Shown here piece by piece: positions 23,166-33,652 of a DNA stretch of 64,000 nt. The translations under genes and the position numbers were made by a program. Location: assembly GCA_026023565.1 (NCBI GenBank), contig JAPETS010000042.1, positions 62,001 to 126,000 of the forward strand. The letters run 5' to 3'. Numbering within the stretch: position 1 is the stretch's first letter; every line of letters starts with the position of its first letter. Below the pieces are notes generated by a model. The model ran no database searches and was not told where the DNA came from. It saw only the letters and a list, made by a program, of their open reading frames with translations. The stretch is from Cirrosporium novae-zelandiae (lineage: Eukaryota).

Positions 23166-23801
23166 GGCTAACATTGTGTGGTTCGAGGGCTCCATCCAGG
23201 AACCGTGGGAACGAAAGGCGGTGGTAAACTATATTCCAGTAGGGCGCAGGGTGCAGGGGTTCCAAGGAATGGAATCCCCCATAGGTTGCCTGAGGTTTAC
23301 CTCATGAGAGCCTCACCATAATGGGTATTCTTGCATATTCTTTGAATGGCTGGCTTTAAACAGATGAAAATTATAGAAAATTTTCAATTAGTTAGGCACA
23401 AAGTATAGGACTGTCTTAAAAAGTTACGAGTGCTTCTGGCGGTCAACGTGGTGAGGCTGATGTCATTTCACAAAAGTTCACTTATCAAATCAAAGCACAT
23501 GGCAAAGTTAGTCATGACAGTAACAAATTTGGTTCTATATAAACTATTTCAAGCTATTTGAATGGATTCATTCAAGCGAGATGTGTTGGCATCTTTAGTC
23601 GAAGATTTCTCTAAGAAGCGAATAGGAGGAGAAGGGAGCCCAGAGAGGTTCATAGCTTATTAGGCGCTCCATCCACAAAGCCCATCACCGCTAGAAATGT
23701 TCCTGCGTAATGTAACTTGCATGTGTTTTTTTCAACACAAAAACTACCACCTGGGTCTTCTTGATGATTTCTATTATTGTCAAAAGTCCCAGGTCTGATC
23801 A

Positions 23802-24164
23802 ATGTTATTTACAGTATTGTCGTGCTTATTGTCGGGGCCTAAGGCCTACCTCACCTCTCTGACCAAGCCAGTCCTCGCCTATCACGACAGTGCCCTCTCC
23901 GAGTCCATTCTCTCATCAAATCTTCACAATCGCGGAAAACTACTGATCTTCTATGTCGACCAAGATGGTGCCACGGAAGAACCATATGACTATAAATGTA
24001 TCAATTCTCCGGGACTCACAATATCTTTGAATGATACTCGAACCCTTGTTCCCACCTCGGATGCATCTGCATTGCCCGCCATTCAATCCGATTTTGTTCG
24101 ACATCTCACAAAATACCTCTCCGCCCATCCTTCAGACTTTAGCGACTGGTATGGTGACAATTGA
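23802..24164 (+). CDS. Possible exon of an orphan gene or pseudogene
   Basis: 120-aa ORF ending at a GTATGG donor-like site, with coding-looking fragments downstream to about 24710. No clean model could be built. Confidence 0.2.
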   Translation: MLFTVLSCLLSGPKAYLTSLTKPVLAYHDSALSESILSSNLHNRGKLLIFYVDQDGATEEPYDYKCINSPGLTISLNDTRTLVPTSDASALPAIQSDFVRHLTKYLSAHPSDFSDWYGDN

Positions 24165-26752
24165 TACTTGATTGCAAGCAGCTGATGAGGTTTTAGGATT
24201 GTCCATTCCATTTCGATTTCCGAGGAGCTAGGGCTTTATGTAATCCTTGTCAAGGTATAAGAGACAATTGGTTATTGAATGAGTCGCACAATTTGTTGAT
24301 AGGTATGTTAATTGACCTTTTTTTAATAAGCATTCACTGGCTAATGGATCTCAAGGGATACCAATTCTGCTTCAAGATAAAGCATAATATACACATGCGA
24401 TGAGTCCCATCGCCATTTCTCGCTTAACGTTGAGCCAAAGTCTAGCTATGCAGGTCCGCCAAAGTTCTGTATAGTCTGTACAACCAGGTCGCGGGTGGAC
24501 GGGAAGCTGCAGGATTCCTTGATAACACCTTGGTAACACGAAAAATCCGAGCTACAACATATCCATCGCACGTTCAAGAGCGACCTTGGGTTTGATTTAG
24601 AAGACCGAAAATTACCTGGGGACCATATACCCAAAGCCAATAACCAAATTTGGGAGGACCCAGATATAACAAATCGTTCGCTTGATCCCTCAATTGTTGG
24701 AGGAAACCCATAAATCTGCCTTTTGCGGGATTTTTGTAGTGGATATTTGTAACATGCATTACTATATGGATTGAGCGTTTTGATTTCCCTTGCTCAACTC
24801 CTAACAATCTATACAATTTCAGTTACTAATATTTTGACTACAAACATCACTGTCCATTTACGTCTATTTATATGCTTTATAATTATTCGCCTTGATCCCG
24901 TCTTGTTAAATATTGTCCTAGTTTGAGCAGCAAGCATGGATGGGTTATTACGGCTTCAAGACGAACTGACAGGTCTCAGGCCTACTCCGGCGGCTAATTC
25001 TCTATCCCACAATTACTCATTCGCTCTCAACCATTGGATCCATCGGATGGACGTTAGGAGAAGTAGCCATTCTCTACGGCAACCCTTATTTATAAATGTC
25101 TCCATAATGTCCCTCGACTACTCCGTAGGTGACTTGCACCTAACAACCTAACCTATAGTATCTCGCCCCTCCACAATACCTCAACTTTACCCTACTACGA
25201 ACTAGTCTCTCGACTTTATGACTTGAACGTGCGCTTCACGAAATTAAACACCTGCGATACTTTCCAAGTCGACAAGCCGCTATCAATGGTATCAAAGGCC
25301 GATACATATGCCACCATCCCCTCGGTGGATTTTCAGGCAAGCCGGAGAAATATGGAAGCGTTGCAGCATAATACAATTTCCAGAAGAGGAACGCTAAGTA
25401 TGTGAATATAAGGATAATTATGATTGGAAGCTGGGTCGTCAAGGAAAGGGGATAGTCCACACAATACAACTATACCCTTAACAAAAAGGAAGAGTGCAGG
25501 GAATACTTTCTAGAGCTTTTGGGGAAGTAGATTGAGGCAGAATGTCCAATGAGCTTGCATATGAAATAGCGGTGGATGAAAGCGCAGGACTTAAATTCAG
25601 ATTATTATGTAGAATTGAAATGGTAAAATTGCGAACCTTTTTCAAGTCATGCAGTTTGTTATGTGATAATAAAAGGAGGTTGGGTTGTGTAGCTTGTTTT
25701 GGTAAAAAGGCCAAACTGATTGGACCCCGACCGATAAGATCAGGTGGGCAACATCGGGCCGAGGGCCGTTGTTGGTCGGGCTATTGCTTAACGAATTCAT
25801 CTTCTCCGCCCCGCCCCTCTCCCCTGAAGATCAATAGCATAACCAGCAATCTTAAGGCAAAATTAACCATCTCTTCTAGATTAATTACTATTAATCTCTA
25901 CTCTGTGGATAAATATATATTTCTACGTCCTGGATATTCAATTATTTGTCTCGTTTCAGCGCCCATCTATCAATGTGCTGTCATGTGTATTGATTTTTCG
26001 TCTTAATTATCCCAGGCCCACGCTAAAGAAATCCATATGGCGACATTATTTCTACAATCATTTTTGCGAGTCTAGACTAGTCCTTTGTAGACTAACAGAT
26101 ATAAAGACAATGATGGTTCGGCTTTTTGGGGGGTTTTTTCTTGTCTCCTATCTCCTATCGCCTATCAACTCCCCCCTCTCTTCTCTCTTCAAGTCAATAA
26201 CCCTTTTGTTGGATCATCACGTAGCATTGAACTAGGCTGACCAATCAACATCCTTATCATCCACCAACTACACCAACTACACCCTTGTTACGGCCATGAC
26301 CTCCACGTAATGTGTTTAAGAGAACGCGTTCCATTTCCCTTTTAAGCAGCTACAGGAACAGGATAAAACAGATAGATATCTAACTGTGTATCAGAACCCA
26401 TGGCAAGAATATGTCAAGCACCAATGACCAGATGAAGGAAAGAAACGGCTTGATCCCTTAAGAAATGTGTGCCACCTAAAATGTCTTAGCTATCCTTAGG
26501 ACGTGGTTCGCGATATGGGAGCATTGTAGAAGTAAGTGTTTATGCGGAAATATCAGATTTCCAATTATGCCTCTAGAGTAATCCTTTCTATATTTTTCTA
26601 CTTCAATTTCATAACCCATTCTTAGATCTATATCATCTCTGATGCTTTCTTTTATTTGAATATGGGACTTGCACCATAGCCCAGCCTTCCTTTATTGATT
26701 TTTCTCAATTGATCGAATTGTTTCATGAACGGTTAATGATTCTCCTCTTCAG

Positions 26753-28132
26753 ATGGCGGAAAATGAAAGTAAACATGTCCGAGCTACCTCCAATCGCTAT
26801 AACCCGGCTGTGGCAGTCCTAAATTGGATATTGATGGTTATGATGATTCTGGCAGTAATTCTTAGGCTGAGGATTAGGACAATTATGACTCGGACTCTCG
26901 TTAGGGATGACTATACTTCAATTGGCGCCTTGGTATCATTTCATCATCCACATCTCGATTACATCGAGAGCGGAAGCTCTTTTGCTCATCTCACATTTAG
27001 GGCTTTGGACTTTCTCAATCCACAGTAATATTGGTGGCAATATGTTATGGCCTGGGACGGCATGAAGACGACTTGAATAATGGACAGGTCATGGCTATCG
27101 AAAAGGCATGTTGAGCCAAATCAATTTCTTGCTCAGCTAATTGGAGAAAATCCGCAGGCTGTATATACGTCGGATCTGCTGTACATCCCAACGCTCTGCC
27201 TTGCCAAATTTTCAGTTCTTCAGGTCCTTGATCGGCTTTCAGTAATTGAGAGACATAAGAAGACCATCAAATGGCTAGGTCTCATTGTTATAACCTGGGC
27301 TGTGATAGCATTCCTTCCTTTGGCGTTTCGATGCGGTGTTTCTCGGCCTTGGAATATCGAAACAGGGACCTGTATTGATATGGTATACTTCCCACCTGTC
27401 TTAAAATACGTCTTTCCTCATCTTCTGACTACCTCAAAGTACTATTTCTGGGTAGCAGTCTCAATAATCGACATCCTAACCGAATTCGCGATACTTACCC
27501 TCCCCATTCTCATGATTCGCCATGCCCAAACCAGCCTCTCTAAGAAAATTATTGCCATAGCCGCATTCATGTTTCGGATTATCGTCATCACCTCCACGAT
27601 TCTCCGCCTATACTACCTCCATTCCACCTACACCTCCAATTCCGACTTCACCTCCACCCTCACCAACACCACCATCACAACCCAATGCGTCATCGGCTTC
27701 ACCGTCATCACAGCCTGCATCCCTATGCTCAAGCCCTTCCACAACTACTTGGACACATTCCCCGTCACCGTTTCCATCAAAGATCCCATGACAGCCACAG
27801 ACTCAAAGGTGTATCCTACTACAGGGGGCAGCTATCCGATGCATAAAAATTCCTTCGACACAAGCAGCAAAAATGATAAAACTCAGCTCCAATGGGAAAA
27901 CTATAGTTATACCATAGGTACCGAGCCAAACGGATTCGGATATAATACAAGAGGGGGAAAGCTATCTGGTAATAAAAACTCGAAGGTAGTTAACAGGACT
28001 GGTCAGTGGGCTGCTGGATATGGGCACAATGGGCCTGCCGAGGGGAACTGGCTTGCAAGAAGGGGCATAGAAGGGATAGATGAAAAAGATGGGAGTGGGA
28101 AACAAGAAATGTATGCGAGGAGCTGGATTTAA
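26753..28132 (+). CDS. PTH11-like (fungal rhodopsin-domain) integral membrane protein, no CFEM
   Basis: LRLRIR...DDY, YGLGRH, LAKFSVL, IDILTEFAILTLP, FMFRI and ITACIPMLKPF. Introns 26932..27000, 27106..27157 (GC-AG) and 27383..27439. Confidence 0.85.
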
Positions 28133-29372
28133 TTGAAAGTGAAAGGGTGGGAGGATTAATGACAACATATGTATAATACACGACCCTATATTTTGCCATT
28201 TTCTTGTACATCTTGAGTTCGAGCAGGACATACCTAGGTACAGTACATAGCTATAAAGAATTTGTAACCAATAGTTCACCGTCGTCTTCCATCGTGGAGT
28301 CTATCTACACATAGACCCGCAACCAAATAATGAATCCACCATCACAACCCCTAGCACCACGCGATTCCTAAAATCTCCACCGCCGCTGCCATAGACTTCT
28401 GCATCCTTTCGCATATCCAATATCCTCCGCCAACAATAATAGGCTACACAACCGGAAAAAGGAAGAAGCAGACCCACGTACCCCTCGTTTACTTATCAGA
28501 TAGTCAATGCCGTTAGTACCAAAGGTTAAAATTCCACAATTTAAACTTTGAGCTCCAGGGCCCAAAATGGTTGATGTTATGAAAATTGGAGATGCGGTTG
28601 AGGCGGAAAAAAAAGGCGGCAATTCGTACTTCTCACTGGCCCCCATTTTACTTCCTCCCTCACTATCTTCCACTCTTTTTATCTACCGAAACCCCACAAC
28701 AACGACAACCTCAAACCTACTCACACATAGACACACACAAAAACCACCATAGATCGATCTCCTAACACAATGATCATCCGATACCCAACAAACAAACATA
28801 AACCTAAACGAAACGTATTCCAAAACTCCACATTCTGAATAATCCCTCTCGATCGGTCCGGCGCCCCGGCCTGAAACTTGGAGATATTCCTTCATGAGGA
28901 AAATCAGCCCACAATCGCATGAAGCTCCGTCTGTGGTTGGTTCAGAAGCTTATAAACGACATGTACAAGATAGGCTGTCAACACGCCATTTCTGCGCGAA
29001 TATCAGATGCTAGGGTTATTTACCCCCGTTGTCCATTACCCATTTCGGTTTTTTTAGTTGGTCAATTGCGCTACTAGATTTATCGAGATAATGCCGATAG
29101 CTACTGTGGCTCCTTCGGCCGGTGTGGGATGAGATGTAGGTAGGCAAAGTATTGCTCTGTAGCTTGGGTTGCAGTCAACCTTTGATCTATTTAAGAGTCC
29201 TGTATCCTGTCAATCAAACTCTTGCTTTCCCATCAGACCTTATTTATATCAATTGACGTTTTGTGCCTGCGTGCTGTACGTCATACTGCAGTTGCTGAAA
29301 GTTATCTCTTATCAAAAACCTATTTCTACCAAATAGCCCCGACCCCCCCTCCAAATCCCACCAAAAGCCATC

Positions 29373-30314
29373 ATGGGAAAATTCGTGCTCAACGGTGTTG
29401 ATGGCAACATCGGCAGCGTCGGCGCCGACTTCGCCCTCTCGATCGCCAAACCAGGCGACGAGCTAATCTTTACGACCTGGAAGCTGGACACAATCCCAGC
29501 GGAAAAGATGAAGCGCTGGACTGACGGGGGCGCCACCGTGTGCTACGCCAGCTACGACGACATCCCAAGCATGGAAAAAGTGTTCAAGGACGCCGACGCT
29601 GTAACACTAATCTCCACCTGGCTAATCGGCGACCGCCGCCGAAAGCAAATGAAAACCGCCATTGATACCGCTAAAGCCGTGGGCGTCAAGCGAATCTGCT
29701 ACACCTCCTTCGTAGGCGCAGACCTCGAGACAGACCTCCCCGTCCTCCCCCAGGACCACCGATACACAGAACAACAAATCTACGCCTCAGGCCTCCCCTG
29801 GAGCATCCAGCGAAACAACCTCTACATAGACAACGTCTTCCAATTCTTCGCCCCATCCTGGAAAATCTCCGAGGACAAATGGTACTCCAACAGCAAGGGG
29901 GCCCCAGCCGCATTCGTCTCCCGCGATGACTGCGGCCGCGTCCTCGGTGCCCTGCTCATGGGCAAAGGAAAACCCAACACCATCTACCCGGTCACGGGCC
30001 CCGAGACCGTTTCCGACCACACCTTGTTCGACATGGTCTGCAAGGAAACGAACTGGAAAGCCGAGATCGTGGAGTCGACTGATGACGAGCTGTACGAATA
30101 TTGGGGCAAGAAGGGCGTGCCAAGAAATATGTACGGAGACTTCACCAACAGTCCCCTTCCGTTGTGCAGGGATGATTTGGTTTCGTGTGGTGTCGTTGTG
30201 AGGAGAGGGCTTATGGATAATGTCTCAGATTCGATAGAGAAGTTGACAGGAAGGAAGCCCGAGACTATCTATGATGTTTTCCCTAAGTATAAGGATTCGC
30301 TTCCCAAGCCTTAG
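29373..30314 (+). CDS. NmrA-like / atypical SDR NAD(P)-binding oxidoreductase
   Basis: Intronless 313 aa. GVDGNIG, AGVKRICYTS-type motif, DHRYTEQ, RNNLY, FVSRDDC and IEKLTGRKP. Confidence 0.82.
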   Translation: MGKFVLNGVDGNIGSVGADFALSIAKPGDELIFTTWKLDTIPAEKMKRWTDGGATVCYASYDDIPSMEKVFKDADAVTLISTWLIGDRRRKQMKTAIDTAKAVGVKRICYTSFVGADLETDLPVLPQDHRYTEQQIYASGLPWSIQRNNLYIDNVFQFFAPSWKISEDKWYSNSKGAPAAFVSRDDCGRVLGALLMGKGKPNTIYPVTGPETVSDHTLFDMVCKETNWKAEIVESTDDELYEYWGKKGVPRNMYGDFTNSPLPLCRDDLVSCGVVVRRGLMDNVSDSIEKLTGRKPETIYDVFPKYKDSLPKP

Positions 30315-31778
30315 AGGCGTATAAACATGGGATGAAGCTGTTTTGTTCTGTTTCATTTTGTTTTTGTTTTGGTTTGGGGGGGGGGGGGCGAAAACGCTTT
30401 ACTGAGGGCTGGACTTTGGGTCTCAACTCCAAAATGAAAAATGAAAAATGAAGAAAGAGAAAGAAGGAAGAGCAACATTAAATACCAAAATCCCACCACA
30501 CATACAGACACACACCAACACCATCAAATCAAGCAATTAGCATATATACATACATAACAGCCTCAATCAATCAAAACCTGTTAAAATCACAAAGTTCGAA
30601 AAAAAATCTCTTATAATAAAAGGTTACGCACACAGCACAATATTGGTACCATGGCTTCAATATAATACGGAATAATTAACTCAGGTAACAAAAACCAACT
30701 TTGGGATTTTGGGATTTTGGATAATTACCTCAACATCCATCATCTATATCCCTTTACTATACCAACGAAACCCACACCCACCACCACCTCCCCGCGGGAC
30801 AAACCTCACCCTCCCCCCCGAAGCTATACAAAAACAAACGAACACGAACACGATAAGAGCTGTTTCCCATACCCATACCCAGCCATATCCCCACCTAGCC
30901 ATCTCCAACTGGGGGGGGATCGGTATCCACAACACTACCCACCCCACCCAGCCATCTCCTTCCCAGTCCAGTTCAGTGGACCTCCCACTAGCCCCCACGT
31001 GCACAACTCCCAACTCCCAATCCCCAACTCACATCTTCACAAGGAAGATCCCAGACCTATCCCGGACCCCCCACGTGTCTTTCACATACCTTACTCGAGT
31101 ACCCCCCATCCACATATCTTAGAGCATCCACAACAATCCTAAGCTAAGCACACCTATTAGGCACATCTACTAAATACCGAGGTAATAAATAAACGATGAG
31201 AACCTAGGTACCTGGATATGCTACTATGCTACTAATGCTACCGAGTACACACCAAATTATCCCCCTCTCTCCCCTCCGCCCCCGCTCCCCCTTGGTTATT
31301 AACTATTCGGATATCCAATGCCCTAACTAACTAACAAACAAACAAACAAACAAACAAAACAATGAACAATATAATAGTAACACCAACACCAACCCCCATG
31401 ATTATATCAAAAAAAAAGTATATCACATACTCTCGACGCACTTGACGTACTCTAAACTCCAACCCTATATACCTACATGTCTAAACATAAAATCTTTCAT
31501 ATCCCCTCGTGTTGTTGTTGTTGTTGTTTATAATATAACATAACATAATATAGAAAAGAACAAAGGGAGGAGAAGGACGGGAGGGAGGGAGGGTTATATT
31601 TATATTTATATGTCTTTTTAATACTGACCAACTGGATGGGTGACTAGGTTGGGTATCCGCGAAAATGAGAAAGTGAGAAAGTGGTAAACAACTAGAATAA
31701 TCACACCCCTACTATTGGGGGGGTGAGGGTGGGAGTGGGAGTGGGAGTGAGGGTTAGATCAAAAGGGTCATTGCCTAC

Positions 31779-32031
31779 TGTAACGGCGTGCCAAGCATGT
31801 GCACTTCGTAGGCGCATAGGCGAGGCTTGGCGCGTGGCCAAACCTTTATGTAGGAGAACGCTGCTTGATTCATCAAGGCAGCGTTCGACTTTTGTATCTA
31901 CAGAAGGAGCACTTCGAAAGCTATCATCATTACTTGCGTCTAGCATGCGAATAGCACATTATACCTATTAGTTATATATTCCTTTGCCTCACTAGTCTAC
32001 CACACTGCCTGTACTAAGCGCTGCCTTCACA
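31779..32031. mobile_element. Solo LTR (253 bp) with 5-bp target-site duplication
   Basis: Starts TGTAACGG and ends TTCACA. Flanked by CCTAC at 31774-31778 and 32032-32036. Normal-complexity sequence inside a low-complexity tract. Confidence 0.85.
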
Positions 32032-32479
32032 CCTACAACATACCTACAACATAACCTACCCGAACGTAATCATAAATCCATAAACATAACTCCTCTCCTC
32101 CATATCAATATAACTATCTATACTATATTAACGTCAAGAAAGGAAAAAAAAAAAAAAAAACTGGTAGGACTAGACTATATAGCTGTATATTTCCCTTCAC
32201 TTTGAACTTTGAATATGTGGATTCTGGGATTCTGGGATTCTTGGATTAGGGAAGCCTGGGGAACCCGTTGGGTGGGGGGGAGGGGGGGGGGAGGCAAGAG
32301 AGAGAGAGAGAGAAGGATATAATCCCATCCCCAGTTCCTCACTTCCATAAGTTTTTAAACCACAAAATACTAAAATCGAAATCAAAATAAAAGCCAAAAT
32401 CGAAAATATAATGTAATAGCTACCCGTTTATAGAGAATGAATGAATGAATGGTTACGGTTCCCGATTAGGCTAGACCCT

Positions 32480-32526
32480 AGGGGGCATAATTATGCTCCC
32501 TGAAGGCTCACCTTATAAGGTGAGCC
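32480..32526. repeat. Two adjacent 22-bp palindromes
   Basis: AGGGGGCATAATTATGCTCCCT (one mismatched pair) + GAA + GGCTCACCTTATAAGGTGAGCC (perfect). Confidence 0.85.
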
Positions 32527-33652
32527 CCTCCCACTTAATTAGCTTAGCACGTCATCCGATATCCAATACACTTATCACTAGTCAGACCCTAGTCAGACCT
32601 AGTTAGTCATTTATTTATTTATTTATTTATTCATGACCTTAGTTAGGCCCGCTGACAATGAATGAATGCATATATATATATATATATAGCACTTACCCCC
32701 CTAGCTCTACCCCCAGCATTAGCCCTAGAATTACTTTTACCTTTTACCTTTGGTTTGGAGAAGGGTGTTTAACGTTTCCATTTTCCTAGTTTTGATTTTG
32801 ATTTTGATTTTATAATTATTTACTAGATGGATAGATAGATGGTGGTTATGGGAAGGTAGAGTAGAGTACAATAAAGTACAATAGCGATGTGATCGTGGAG
32901 TTCTTCTAGGACTAGGGGATGGGGGGGGGGGTTGAAAAGTGAAGTGACAGGAGTGACTTCATTAAACGAGGTGGTGAGTTAGTGAGTCAATGAGTGAGTT
33001 GGTTTGGAGAATATATAAATAAGGTATTGCTACGGTCACGGTCACGGTCACGGTCACGGTTACGATTATATTTATTTATTCATTTATTTATCTATCTATT
33101 ATAAAGTGTTACATTAATTAATCATTGATGTATTTCCATCCCCACTTTTTGTTTTTTTCTCCCCCCCCTTCCTCCTTTCAATGTCACTATCACTAATCAA
33201 TAAAAAAAAACGAAGTACCGAGAGAGAGAGAGAGAACAAGTTAATTAACGAAAGCTCTTATTAACTTATCAATGAACTAGGTAACTAGGGTCATACATAC
33301 AATAAGTAAGTACATAGCACATGGAAGTGGGGGTACTTACTAGAGTGTAGAGTATATCCACTAATTAGCTAGATACACCTGGGTAGCTAAAACGGATTTG
33401 TTATAGATTGTTATATAGGCCCAGCACTATTTATTATATAGAACTAATTTGTTTGGGTCAGGTAAAGTAAAGTAGTGAATTCGATTCTCAAAACTTAAAG
33501 GGATCTGAAAAAAAAAAGCTTTCTAATGAATACTTAGTAGACTAGTCGGCTGGCTATCAATAAGATAAGTGTTGTATTCTAGGGATATTGATTGTTATTT
33601 ATGAAAAGCTTTTCTCTCCTTTCTTAGTTGTAATGTAATGTATGTAGCCTCT

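Larger units (their letters stand above)
30315..33652. repeat. Low-complexity, microsatellite- and homopolymer-rich intergenic tract
   Basis: Poly-G/A/C runs, (AAAC)n, (GTT)n, (AT)n, (AG)n, (ATTT)n and (CACGGT)n between convergent genes. Confidence 0.8.

Noticed and set aside
30709..31142. Pro/Thr/His-rich ORFs of 137-141 aa
   Set aside because: They lie in a C/A-skewed low-complexity tract with no coding signature.
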